Shown: one piece after another, positions 1-11,927 of the stretch
Layout of the letters: each line of letters begins with the position of its first letter
How positions within the stretch are numbered: the first letter of the stretch is position 1
Source of the DNA: Felis catus
Lineage: Eukaryota
Length of the DNA: 64,000 bases
Assembly (NCBI RefSeq): GCF_018350175.1
Contig: NC_058368.1
Location: 221,962,001 to 222,026,000, forward strand
Direction: 5' to 3'
Notes under the pieces: model-generated
Database searches by the model: none
Seen by the model: only the letters and a program-made list of their open reading frames with translations
What the model was told of the DNA's origin: nothing
Made by a program: the position numbers and the translations under genes

Positions 1-59
1 ACTGAAGCAAAGTAAATGTTCTATCAATGATTTCTAAGCCAGTGATAGAAATTATGATT

Positions 60-180
60 GAGAACTAAATGCAGAGACACTAAAGTTATTTCCCAGCTGT
101 ACTGTCCCATGCTGTTACGTTCTGGGCAAACCACTTTAACTTTTTTGCCTAAATTTCTTTATAATTAAGGGACATTTCCT
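60..180 (+). mobile_element. MIR-like SINE fragment
   Basis: Degenerate MIR core pattern 'tctgggcaaaccactttaacttttttgcctaaatttctttataattaaggg'. Confidence 0.5.
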
Positions 181-492
181 GATCTGAAAAAAAATGTCTT
201 TGTGTACTGTTTTGTTTCGATTCTTGTAACACCCCTGAGGAGGGACAAAATGGGAGTCATTACAGGTTTACCAAAAATTTGCTTAGATTTCTGGTATTCA
301 ACTTCATTTCTGCTGCTATGTGACTTTAAAGTCACTTCAAACCTTTCTACAATTTCCTTGCATTTAGTATTGTAACTCCTATCCATTCTTATACTAAAAG
401 TTAGTGATTTGTAGCAATAATCTGAATCCGAAGCACACACGGCTGATGAGGATGCTATAACATCACCAAACATCTCTTCATAAGACCTTTGA

Positions 493-951
493 GGGGTGCT
501 GGGTGGTTCAGCAGGTTAAGCGCCTGACTCTTGATATCCGCTCAGGTTACAATCTCCTGGTCATGATCTTAAGGTCAAGGTATCATGCCCTGCATCAGGC
601 TTCTGGCTGAGCATGGAGCCTGCTTGGGATTCTCTCCTTCCATCTCTCTCTCTCTCTCTCTGCCCCTCCCCTGCTCATGCACACACTCTCAAAAATAAAT
701 AAAGTTAGGGGCATCTGGGTGGCTCAGTCAGTTAAACTTCTGACTTTTGCTCAGATCATGATCTCTCAGCTCGTGGGTTCAAGCCCAGCATTGGGCTTGG
801 TGCTGACAGCTCAGAGTCTGGAGCCTGCTTTGGATTGTGTCTCCCAAAGTCTCTCTGCTCCTCCTCAGCTCATGCTCTGTCTCTCTCTCCCTCTGTCTCT
901 CTCAAAAATAAACACTTAAAAAAACTAATAAAAATAAATAAACTTAAAAAA
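493..951 (+). mobile_element. CanSINE (outer copy; A-tail interrupted by a second SINE)
   Basis: tRNA-like head ggggtgctgggtggttcag, (CT)n, aataaa tail; TSD gacctttga 484-492/953-961. Confidence 0.93.
708..930 (+). mobile_element. CanSINE nested in tail of previous SINE
   Basis: ggggcatctgggtggctcag head; TSD aaaataaataaa(g/c)tta 692-707/931-946. Confidence 0.95.
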
Positions 952-1969
952 TGACCTTTGAACTGCTGGTAGAATGTTCTTAAGAAATGAGTAAGTGACA
1001 CAGACCACTGATGTACATATTTCAAAATGTTTGCTGTTTGCTGTTCTTTTGACGAGGGCAACACGTAACAACCTATTTAGCAACAAGTGGCTGATATTGA
1101 GAACTGTCAGGTCTGAAGAAGGTCAGGCATTTTTTAAGAATCTCCACAATGATATTATTGCCTTCATCAAATTCTGCTGGAGCTCAGAAATTCACACAGC
1201 TGAGAACCTCTGATATTCTGATATTACTTGCTATCTAAAAGCTTCATCTCTCTCCACTGGAGTTTCAGAAGATTAAGTCTTAATGGTATGAATTGTATTA
1301 CTCACATTCCTATAAAGATATGAAATTTTGAAGAGTAATTTCACTGTCAATTTAATTACTTCTTCGAAGCTCATGCATTTCCAAGCAATTAAATTTAATT
1401 TTTAAAGATCTGTTTCCTTGGTCACTTTCTATGTAACGTGAAATCCCTGGAAAATCTTGGTAAATTTAAGGCTGAGCTCTGTTATTTTCTTAGATTGTTA
1501 AGAAATAGTTTATTCTCAGAATAAACAAAGTAGAAACTAAAATAATTTGTCTCAGAATTATTGCTTGTCATATTTATTCTAAACTGAAGAAGCTATAGAT
1601 ATACTTATTGTTGCCTTTTCTGTAACAAAACAAAACAGACCATATTTCTGTCTTTGTTTTCTTTTTCCTGTTATTCCATAAAATATTGTTTGGTCGTATT
1701 TATTTGTCTGTTCTCAACATAGGAATTTATAGACACAGAATAAAATTACTATAATTTTCTGAGCATCCTCATAATCCTATTATTGAATTCTGTCTCCTCA
1801 AGTGTTTTATGCAACAGGAAAAGCCAGTAATTATTACTGTCATTAATTATTACTTGCTTTCCTAAAAATAGAACCTAAGAACCTGAAATTTATTGGCTTA
1901 CGTTAAAACCTTCAGGGACTAATTTAGTTTGTTCCCTCACATAAGGAGGTGTTATGTCAGAAAAATTTA

Positions 1970-2210
1970 CAGTAAAACCTTGGTTTCCAAGCATAATTCA
2001 TTCCGGAAACATGCTTTTAATCCAAAGCCCTTGTATGTCAAAGTGAATTTCAAGAACCATTGGCTCAGTTGTGATCATGTGATGTGTGCCGTCAATTACT
2101 ACTCATACTGCAAGACATCGCTCTTTAATCAAGTTAAAAGTTATTATGAATGTTTGTTTGTCTTGGGGAATACTCACAGAATAAGTTACTTGCAACCCAA
2201 GGTTTTAGTG
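1970..2210. mobile_element. Tc1/mariner (pogo/Tigger-type) MITE
   Basis: 22-bp terminal inverted repeats (cagtaaaaccttggtttccaag vs rc cactaaaaccttgggttgcaag, 3 mismatches) flanked by TA at 1968-69 and 2211-12. Confidence 0.85.
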
Positions 2211-2409
2211 TACTAGAAAAATTTGGAACCAGATGAATATACTAAACCTGCCTCACGGCTATTAAATACATATTGACAGTAAGCAATATACACAAAAGCC
2301 CTGATATGTGAATATAGTTTGAGAACTAGACCCCAAATGCAGTCACATGGCAGGTTAGGGCTTCTGCATATATATTTGAGTGGGACACAATTCAGTCCAT
2401 TACAGGACA

Positions 2410-2540
2410 CACTCAAGAGAGTGAAAAGACATTCTACAGAAGGAGACAAAAAGTAAATCATCTATATAATAAAGGTCTGGTATCGAAAATATATGAAGAA
2501 TGCTTACAATTCAACCACATAAAGACAACACAATTAAAAT
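2410..2540 (+). mobile_element. Old L1 ORF2 3' fragment
   Basis: aagagagtgaaaagaca...aaaggtctggtatcgaaaatatatgaagaatgcttacaattcaac resembles L1 ORF2 end. Confidence 0.65.
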
Positions 2541-2639
2541 TTTTATGAATTATATCAAGTAGAAATTATAAATTCTATTAATTCCATTGTCATTTTTCCA
2601 TGTGCCTACCTTTTTGTGATAAATCGGTCATCTAAAGGT

Positions 2640-3739
2640 TGGGAGAGTGGCTTTTGTGATAGAAAGCAGCAATCTCTATTATGGCCTCTCCTTTTGGCTA
2701 CTAACATATAGATAGATATTAGTCTTTCTGAGTATATAACGCATTCATCCTTTCCCAAAAGGAAAGAAACCTAATGTCATCCATTTACTCACATCCATTA
2801 GTAGCTAAACATTCAAGATCTATGAGTGACATGGAATTCTTCCCAACAGATACAAATAAGGCCCAGAGTGATCCTGAAATCTACAAATTGAAATACTAGA
2901 TACATGCCCATGTACATCCAATAAACTGATGATAAGAGAATAGATATTACATTAAGAGAAGTAAAGTATGAGAAATACATTAGCTAATAGCCAATGAGGC
3001 TTAGAAAATAATGTTCACCATGACTAATAAAGACTGTTCTGACAATAAGAGTAAGTTTCTTAGCTAGCTTACAGCATAATAGCATGATTCTTCTCTTTGG
3101 GAAGACCTTTTTTCCCCATTGCCCATTGTGACCCTGGATTTGTCTTTGGGGACATAGGAGAGAGGAGAGAGATGTGTGCTTATTCAGTAGCTCTCCAGGG
3201 CTGCCATATCTCAGATGTGCCTTGCAGAGATGGCCATCGTGAGGGTTTGTAGCCTATTTCCTGTTGGTATCATCTGGCCATGGGGATTGTTTAAAGCTTT
3301 TAATTATATGTCAAATTAAGGGTTTTTTTAACAATAAAATTCCCTGAAAAATATGGTAAGATCTTATTTGCCTCCAGTCAATTGTATATGCAAATGATCA
3401 CAATCAAAGCCTCCATCCAGACACAATGTTTAAAGTGTGAGTGAGACCTCTTGTTTTCTTTTTTCTAGCCTCTGGGTTCTGTCCATTTTCCTTGTGATAT
3501 AGCATCCAACATCTTTGTCACTAAGATCATGGTCTTTGTAGGGAAGGGCACAAATCTACTAACTTATGTAGAGTCCTTTCTAAGTTTCAGTTTGAAATAA
3601 AGGTGATGCCAGAGGGACACCTGGGAGGTTTAGTCGGTTAAGAAACTGTTTCTAGATTTCAACTCAGGTCATGGTCTGAAGGTTCATGAGTTTGAGACCC
3701 ACATCTGGTTCGGCGCTGACAGTGTGGAGTCTGTTTGGG

Positions 3740-3785
<46 letters not shown>

Positions 3786-4233
3786 TTTTTCTTTTTCAAA
3801 ATAAATAAATCAACTTTAAAAAAGAAAGAGGTGATGCCAGATATTTCAAACTTGGAAGTGTGGTTAGCTGCTGTTTGTAGATTCTGGATAGAGAAAGTCC
3901 CCTTTATCAAGCTCTGTCTTCTTTCTCTCTCTGTACTGAATCCACCCAACCCTAAATTAATCTATCTTTTGTAGGACCTTTCTGAAAATTTTAAAAACAG
4001 TCAACACAATGCAAATTATAAAAATAATCTCAACTTTTCCCCAGTATTTTACCTGAAAAAATTTATGATTGTCTTTTAAGGTAAAGCAGATAACTTATTC
4101 ACTCAAACCTGGCAAGTTCACCAGCTTTCCAGCCTGTGATATGTATGTTCCTACCTCTCACTGCCCTGCTAATTCCCCAAGCCAAATCATAATTTGTATT
4201 TTGTTTTTTTGCAAAGAAGCATTCCTGGTACCA
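2640..4233 (-). mobile_element. MaLR (MLT1-type) internal sequence with tRNA-Leu-type PBS
   Basis: 4220-4233 reverse-complements to tggtaccaggaatg, directly next to an MLT1-like LTR; the adjacent sequence resembles MLT1-int; left boundary approximate. Confidence 0.6.
3614..3828 (+). mobile_element. CanSINE
   Basis: SINE body with (CT)n; TSD aggtgatgccaga 3601-3613/3829-3841. Confidence 0.95.
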
Positions 4234-4236
4234 TCT

Positions 4237-4690
4237 CCTATATCTTTGCAGACAATGTTTGGCTGTGAATTACAGAGACATAAAAATAATGGCTTAAAAT
4301 GTAGAAGTTGAGTTCACTGTGACAGTAAAAGTCACATGTAGTTATTTAAGTTGGCCGTGAACCAGGCTGTTTCCCAATTCCTTTCTTACCACACTCTTTA
4401 TAGCTCCTATCCTCATAGTCCAACATGAAACTGTAGCCATCTTATGGCTAATTCCAAAGAGCAATGAAGAAGCTGCAAAAATGGATCTCAGAAGCCCTAT
4501 AGAACATTTCTCAGGATGGGTTGTTATTTTATATTTTGGCTTTTATTCCCTTGGTCACGTGCTGCTCCTGAACTCAAAGTTACATGAGAAATGTATCTTC
4601 TATTTCAGTTGGCCTTGATGTCAGTTAAAAATTAGAGGTGCTGTATGGAGGACAAGGCCATAGGGGAGACAACAAGCGGTCTCCGCGTGG
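4237..4690 (-). mobile_element. Old MLT1 (J/K-like) LTR
   Basis: tttggctgtgaattacagagacataaaaataatggcttaaaa...gaagttgagttcact resembles antisense MLT1J/K 3' end; abuts PBS. Confidence 0.6.
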
Positions 4691-4937
4691 AATATCTCAT
4701 TGTTCTTTAAGTCTGCCACTTTTTACGATCATCTTAACAATTAGTGGAATAACCTTTACATGATATTAAAAGTCTGTAAAGGGGGCATGACCCCCCTGGC
4801 TTTGTGCTTTTTAAAATTTATTTTTCTTTTATAACTTTTACCTATCATTGTGCCTTCTTTCTTTTGATATTTCGTGAGTCTGACCTCAAATATAAGAAGA
4901 ATATTAAATAAGTGGCCTTGACTATTCAGTTGGCAGA

Positions 4938-5000
4938 TATTCAGGCAAAGGTAACATGGATTGAAGGTAACTATTCAGGCAAAGGTAACATGGATTGAAG
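4938..5000. repeat. Perfect 29-bp direct duplication with 5-bp spacer
   Basis: tattcaggcaaaggtaacatggattgaag at 4938-4966 and 4972-5000. Confidence 0.95.
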
Positions 5001-5544
5001 AAAATGAATTCTGTATGGAAAAAAAAGGAAACCAAGTTGTTTGACCAGTTCTTTGAGTATTGGATGATGATTCAATCTGTTAGATTAATTTTAAGTCATA
5101 AACAAAACAAAGGTAAAGACAATGTTGAATACGCAATTTAGCTATTTTTTACTTAGCTTGTAAGAAATTAAAATTTATTTATACACATAAATGAAAATTG
5201 ATATTTTTCTGTGTTTTTTAAGAATACGTATGCTATAAAGTATACGAAGATAAACCCCGACTTTATCTCAATCAAGCAATTATTGCGTATACAATCTGCA
5301 ACAGGTGAAATGAGAGATTACGTGATAGTGAACATGTCCAGGTGCCTGCTTTTAGGACCACATTTACTTGTGATTCAAGGTGCACTTTTTTGATTGTATG
5401 TCCTCAACATTCTGCCTCCAAACAGTCTTAAAATATTTTCTTACTATTAAAGTGCATGAACTCTTTAGAACTTCACATCATGTTTAAGTGAAGGATTTCC
5501 TTCCTGGCATTTCTGAGAAATTGATTTTTCCCCAAATTTTAAAA

Positions 5545-5759
5545 ATTTATTTCTTTTAATGTTGGTTCATTTTTGAGAAAGACAGAGGGAGAGAGAGAGA
5601 GACCACAAGCAGGGGAGGAGCAAAGAGATAGGAGGACAGGGGATCCAAAGCAGGCTCTGTGCTGACAGCAGAGAGCCCGATGCAGGGCTGGAACTAATGA
5701 ACTATGAGATCATGATCTGAGTCAAAGTCTGACACTTATCCGATTCACCCAGATGCTCC
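5545..5759 (-). mobile_element. CanSINE
   Basis: Antisense SINE body (gagagag..caggctctgtgctgacagc..catgatctgag..cccagatgctcc). Confidence 0.93.
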
Positions 5760-7681
5760 TTTTTCCAAATTTTTAACCCTGAGAAGAATCAATACAGAAT
5801 TTTGGATTATTATTTATTATTCTTTAGGAAACATAATTATTCTTTAGGAATTGAAGCTTAATGATCAATGCAGAAAAGTTTTTAGATCAAAGGTTTCAGT
5901 GACATTAAGTAGAAAAAAAGAACAGAAAACCTGACAAGCAGAGCTGAAGGTTAAGAGAGTAACACATGAGAGAGAAGCAGTCACCAATGAGAAAAGTGCA
6001 AATGAAGGTCTAGAAAATATAATTGAAATTATATTATTAAAAAAGTCAAATTAATATATATTAAAAGTCTATACATTATTGAGAAAAAGAATAAATAATG
6101 CAACACATGATTGTTGAAGAATACGAAGACTTTAGGAAAAAAATAAGTGGATATTTAGCATATAACAAGATCCTTATGATCACTTCTCGCAAAATAGATG
6201 AAAATTAAAACTAACATGATACAGTTCTTTTAGAAACTAAGTGATGACAAGTAGTCAAAAATTTGGTAACAGATAATAAAGTATAACCCAATTAAAAATT
6301 ATAAACCTTCCCTCAAACACTATCCACGTATTCATTAAAAAGTTAAATTTACTCCATAGCATTATCAATATTTAACACACTGTATATTATATTTTATGTA
6401 AAATGCACATATATTTTATTTATATTTTAAATAAACTGTACGTAAGCTATATGAACACAGTTCTTTCAACTTCTAGGTTCAACTCTTTTTCTTGATCACC
6501 AATCCAATCTTTGAGGCCAGTAGAAAAAGTGCTTCTGGACAAATCTTTTTTCTCCATTCCCCCCCCCGACCCGCCTTCCACCTCCTTTTCTTTGTCTTCC
6601 TGTTCATCTTATATCCAACTTCATCTTTTTCTTCCTCAGGTTGGCCTGGCACAGAACTTCTCTTTCAATCACTGGGGAAACATAGCTTCAGCACAAAAAA
6701 TATCTGAGGAAATTCAAAGCTCACTGATGTTGTAAAGAACTAAATTCTAAAACTCTGTGTTGCATTGGGACACAGATCTTCAGAATTTCCTTTTGTTGCT
6801 GTTTTATAGGGTAAAATATTTTTTTATCAGGGGAGAAAAAAGATGGATGGCTATTGTAGTTGAGCTCTGTATAACCTTCACTAAACCTCAATAACTTATA
6901 AAATGCAAGATGAATTTAGAAGCAACATTCTCACTAGGACTAATAGTCACTTTGATCATTTTAATGAACATGGAGTTGAGGCAGGAAACAAATATATGAC
7001 AGTTGTGTTTGCAAACCATGATCGTGCAGAACTGTTCTTTTATTTGTAAATGAACAGTAATATCAACTAGAAATTAAAATCAAACTGTGTATAGTGAAGG
7101 TTTTGCCAGTTTCTATGACCAATGATATTCTCATCATTTAACATATGTCTTCAGTGATCTGTTAGAACGTTTTAATTTTAGAGGAAATGACCAGAAGTGT
7201 TAGCAAGTGTTCGGGGAATAAAGAAGATCTGGGTAAGCAGTCTCTGGAGCGTAAGCGGTTTGACACACAACCTATTTCTCATGAGTTTCATGGTTGCTTA
7301 GCTTATTTTTGTGTGGCACTATGACACAATTTCTTTCTTAACTCTATTGTCCTCAAAGACTGCTTCAAACTAGTTAAAATAAAAATAAAATTTTGTTGTG
7401 TTAAAATGCTTCATTTCTAACATGTAAGTCTATGCATATCACATCAATTTCAAAAATGCTTTAAAATATTTTCCAGTTGAATAAACCCTTAAGTAGTAAT
7501 TAAAAGTTACCATTGCTTATGAGGTAGTGGATCTTCTGCTAAGTATTACATATTTATATAACAGACCAAGGCGATACCCATCTTGACCAACTTGTCTGAA
7601 ATTACTGCATTCCTCTTACGCTCCAGAGACTGCTTACCCAGTTTGTGTGTCAATGGACAAGGTTTCCTTTCAAACCAAGTA

Positions 7682-7684
<3 letters not shown>

Positions 7685-7718
<34 letters not shown>
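7685..7718. repeat. (TG)n microsatellite
   Basis: Direct read. Confidence 0.98.
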
Positions 7719-7720
<2 letters not shown>

Positions 7721-8110
7721 CCTCTGTTTCAAAACCTTTCTAGCTACTGTCTGGTTTTCAAAATCTCATCTCAAATATCCTCAAATATGAAATCTAATAT
7801 CAAAAGAGGACTAACTTGCAAAAGAATATACACTGTCTTCAGTTGGTGATAGCTTTCTGTCCTTAGAGTGGAACATATGGAAATAAACTTAGACTCTCGG
7901 ACCCAGAGATCCTTCAGAAACCACCATTGTTCATCCTCACAATTTACGCACTATGACAGTGACACCCGGGAGGCTCTATTTTTCCCTAGGGCACTTGATG
8001 ACTTAATTTTGCTAAAACTTACCTTTTTTTCTACTTCAGATATAGTATTTTGTCTTTGGTAAGAAAAAAATGTTGTTATCATGTATCCTTTGCATCAATG
8101 CTTCCCTGCC

Positions 8111-8111
<1 letters not shown>

Positions 8112-8139
<28 letters not shown>
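8112..8139 (+). repeat. Isolated poly(A) tract
   Basis: 28 A with no attached SINE or L1 body. Confidence 0.95.
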
Positions 8140-8141
<2 letters not shown>

Positions 8142-8989
8142 CTGCTAATTTCAAACATAAAAGTAATGTAGCCCACTAAATTATGGAATACCATAGAAAG
8201 GGAGTATCATCTTGTCAGTCTCACTATTGTATATGCATTTTAGAAGAAAGCAATCTTTTCTGTCTCAGTTATGTTCCCTTTATTGCACTGTTTTCATACT
8301 AGAGCACACTGCAGGGTTAACAGGTTTTAAAGTAACTCATAATTTTGTGCACATCTCTGCCATATTATTACAATCTGCATTCTGTTTAAGGTTTAATTTT
8401 AAAAATAATTGCCTCTTATTAAAATCCCCCACATTACATTATTGCTGGTCATGCAGAAAATTACTTTGCTGCAGGAAACAAAACCATCCAATATAATCTT
8501 TTCTCCTTACAGCAGAGGAGATAATTGGATTAATCACAAGTCAAAATCTTGGAAGTAAAGTACTTTGTTGGCTAAACTGAGCCATGCCTGTCATTTACAG
8601 ATGACAGACAATACAGCTTCAGTGATGCTAGATAATCAAGTGCAACTAGTCACCATAATAATGAGTATTTGGAAAATATTAAAATGTATTAATTATCCAC
8701 TAAGTAGGTAAAGCTGGACTAGCCCCATGGGGAAGTAGTTGCCTTGTTAAGACATCATCATATAACCATGACCACTTAGGCAACTTTCTCCTCAGCCTAC
8801 CTGATACTATATTGTAAATGTTAAAAAGCACTTGATAAAGAAGAAGAGGTCTTTTATGCTGTGAATTTTTCAATGATTGGGCTTACTGCATGGCTTTGAG
8901 AATAATATTGGATCCTAATTGTGCACATTGGCTTGATTCATCAGTGATTCTGTATGTATTTTTAGAATTAATGATTTTAAAATACACTT

Positions 8990-9214
8990 AAAATGTTTTT
9001 TTAATATTTATTTATTTTTGAGAGAGAGAAAGAGAGAGAGAGAGCCTGAGCGTAAGCGGGGGAGGGGCAGAGAGACAGGAGATACAGAATCCAAATCAGG
9101 CTACAGGTTCTGAGCTATCAGCACAGAGCCAGATGCAGGACTCAAACCCACGAGCTGATATCATGACCTGGGCTGAAGTGGGGTGGTCATCCAAACGAGC
9201 CACCCAGGCTCCCC
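8990..9214 (-). mobile_element. CanSINE
   Basis: Antisense SINE ending cacccaggctcccc; TSD-like ttaaaata. Confidence 0.95.
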
Positions 9215-9544
9215 TTAAAATATACATTTTAGAGCAATGCCCATATTTTTAAGAATTCAATAACAAATATGAATTTTAGCAAGGAGTTTTATTTGAGAAT
9301 ATTTAGGCATATGTTATTTTGAAATTTTAGATATGAAAGGAACTTTAAATTATTTAATATTATCAACAACAAAAATAAAATACAGAGAGGCTGCATTCCC
9401 TGTGGAAAAATACACCATTAGTGAAAATGTTAGAATGAGAATTCACATCAACCATGCTCAGTAAAATACTCATTGTACTACTACTCAAGGTTACTTAGAA
9501 TAATTGTAAAATTAATCACTTCGTATATTTAGGCAATTATAGGA

Positions 9545-10205
9545 GAAACTTCCTGAAAATTTAAATGTAGCACAAATTCACAAATCTCAAATGTACAACA
9601 CAAAATGGAGACACCCTGATGACTACCACCTAGGGTAAGAAATAGAATATCACCAACAAGGCCCTCTCATGCTCCTCCTGATCTCTAATCTCTCTTCTCC
9701 CCAAAGAAAATGACAGTCATGACCTCTAAAGCCATGAGTTAATGTTATATATGCAGCATTAATTCTTTTATGCCTTGCATAATTTGCTCAAAATTATGTT
9801 AGAAATATTCATTACATGTGACAGGAACTTTTTTTAATGTTCAAGTGTAGAGTTTTAGTTCATCTAGTTTTACAATTGTATAATAAATCATCATATAAAG
9901 TATTCCACAAAATAGTAATTGATTATTTATATTATTTACCCACTATGGTTAATGTGGTTATAAACATTTTAATGCAAATTATTTTGGTTCAATAGTCATG
10001 CTTTTGATTATATACCAATTAGTGAAATTGTTGAGTCATTGAGAATGTTTATGTGCAAATCATGTAGAAAATGCCCAAATGTTTATCCAATGTAGTTATA
10101 CCAACTTGCAGTCTAATCGCAAGTATGTAATAGCTGTCTTTCCTTAAAATCCTTGCTGAACACTAGTATTGATAGTCTTTTTAATCTTAACCATTTGAAT
10201 GGTAG
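9545..10205 (-). mobile_element. Old L1 (L1M/L1ME-like) 3' region
   Basis: accacctagggtaagaaatagaatatcacc; agtgaaattgttgagtcat; gttataccaacttgcagtct; ccttgctgaacactagtattgatagtctttttaat. Confidence 0.7.
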
Positions 10206-10319
10206 GTAATTACTAAGTTTTCAATAATTTGATAAATTCTCACAGATTATTTACCAAGATAGACCACATTCTAGGCCATTAAATATGCCATAACAAGTTA
10301 TAATAAACAGAAACAATTA

Positions 10320-11400
10320 CATTTGTCTCTTAATTAATTTATTTATATAATTCTATTTAAAGTGATTATCAATATAGTTGGGTTAAAATCTACCATGGTG
10401 GTACCTGTTTTCTGTTCAATGCACTTGTCCTTTGATTCTTGTTTGGTCCTCTTTTGCTGCCTTCTTGGTTTTAATTGAAGTTATTATTGATTCCATTTTA
10501 TCTCTTATTAATATATTAGCTATATTTCTTTGGTAAACAAAATTACTGCTTGCCCTTGTTTTTACAACATACTTTTAAAAATTACATTTTATATACACAC
10601 TTTTAAAAATATCATTTGCTGGGGTGCTTGGATGACTCAGTCAGTTGAGCCTCCGACTTTGGCTCAGGTCATGATCTTGTGGTCTGTGAGTTCAAGCCCT
10701 GCGTTAGGCTCTGTGCTGAAAGCTTGGAGTCTACAGCCTGCTTTGGATTCTGTCTCCATCTCTCTCTGCCCCTCTCCCACTCATGCTCTATCTCTCTTCC
10801 TCTCAAAAACAAACAAAAAAATTAAAAAAAAATATCATTTGCCTTTCAATACAAATATCTTATAATGAGTGTAACCAATTTCTTCCTCTTGCATCATGTG
10901 ATCTTGTTATTCATTTTATTTATTTTTCTGCTATAGTTATCCAATATATTGTTAACAATATTATTTAAACTGTTATCACTAAAATCAGTTAAGAATAAAA
11001 ATAAAATATTTTATTTTACCTTCATTTATTTTTGGTGAATTTCTCCTTCTTTATTTATGTAGAGCCAAGAAAGCAGATCTCAGATGCTGTATCTGTGGAT
11101 GCACCTTCATTCAGATTTCAGATAAGTTGGTATACTGTGAACTCTTAGTTTTCAGATGGGTTAAGAAAAGTTGATAATTTTCAGTTTATTCAAATTTTTC
11201 TTATTATGATGAGAGTGATGATTTCCAAACTTTTTATATAATGGAGGCAAATCTAGAAATTATTCTAAAATTCAGTTTTATATTTGGTCTTCTAGTCAGC
11301 TATTTACTATAGTCACTTAATACTGATAGTTTATACTTAGATTATTTTAGATTTTCTACATATGCAGTTATGCATCTGTGAGTAGCCACAGTTTTATTTA
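10320..11400 (-). mobile_element. Old L1 internal fragments (antisense)
   Basis: atttaaagtgattatcaatatagttgggttaaaatctaccat; ttagattttctacatatgcagttatgcatctgtgag. Confidence 0.6.
10621..10827 (+). mobile_element. CanSINE
   Basis: TSD aaaaatatcatttgc 10605-10619/10828-10842. Confidence 0.96.
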
Positions 11401-11684
11401 CCACCAGAATTTAATATAATCAAAAGAAAAATTAGAAAAGATTTTAACTGAATAAAACCTTTTAAAGTATGTGATGCAGGCAAAAGAGTGGTTATATGAA
11501 AATCCAAAACTATAGTTGATAATAATATAAAGGCTTTCAGTGTCTATGATAAAAAAAAAAAAAAAAAAAACAGGAAAAGAAGAGTTTACTTGGTAAATAA
11601 AATGAAGAAAACAATGATTAGAGCAGGTATCTTTAAAAGAGAAAATTAATGAATGTAAGGGAAATCAATAAAACTAAGAACTGT

Positions 11685-11927
11685 TATTTTATTTATTTGT
11701 TTATTTATTTATTTATTTTTTAATGTTTTTATTTATTTTTGAGAGAGAGAGAGAGAGACAGAACATGAGCGGGGGAGGGGCAGAGAGAGAGGGAGACACA
11801 GCTGAAGCAGGCTTCAGGTTCTGAGCTTTCAGCACAGAGCCTGATGCAGGGCTTGAATTCATGAGCTGTGAGATCATGACTTGAGTCAAAGTCAGACACT
11901 TAACCAACTGAGCCACTCGGTGTCCCC
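11685..11927 (-). mobile_element. CanSINE
   Basis: Antisense SINE with (TTTA)n tail. Confidence 0.95.

Larger units (their letters stand above)
190..1490 (-). pseudogene. Decayed hAT-superfamily (Tip100/THAP12-like) transposase fossil, interrupted by SINEs at 493-951
   Basis: Minus-strand translation gives hAT-like motifs in the expected order: KITELSLKFTKIFQGF (1488-1441), KLNLI (LNL 1398-1390), TIKT*SSETPVERDEAF (~1284-1237), LPSSKEQQTANI (1061-1026, shifted frame), LKNIL..SYEEMF, DYCYKSLTF..EIVERF (ERF 347-339). Stops and frameshifts are present. Confidence 0.65.

Noticed and set aside
165..473. Resemblance of the ORF to bornavirus nucleoprotein (endogenous viral element): E.I..RF, Q.F, G.P....LSLL
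   Set aside because: Only scattered identities and no poly(A)/TSD. The upstream in-frame sequence fits hAT transposase motifs in order much better. A profile search would settle it.
6640..6735. Strong plus-strand acceptor (ctttttcttcctcag) followed by a short ORF
   Set aside because: No convincing donor or partner exon; peptide not recognised.
8513..8554. 42-nt candidate exon (ttctccttacag ... gtaaag)
   Set aside because: Weak donor, no recognisable peptide, no supporting exon chain.
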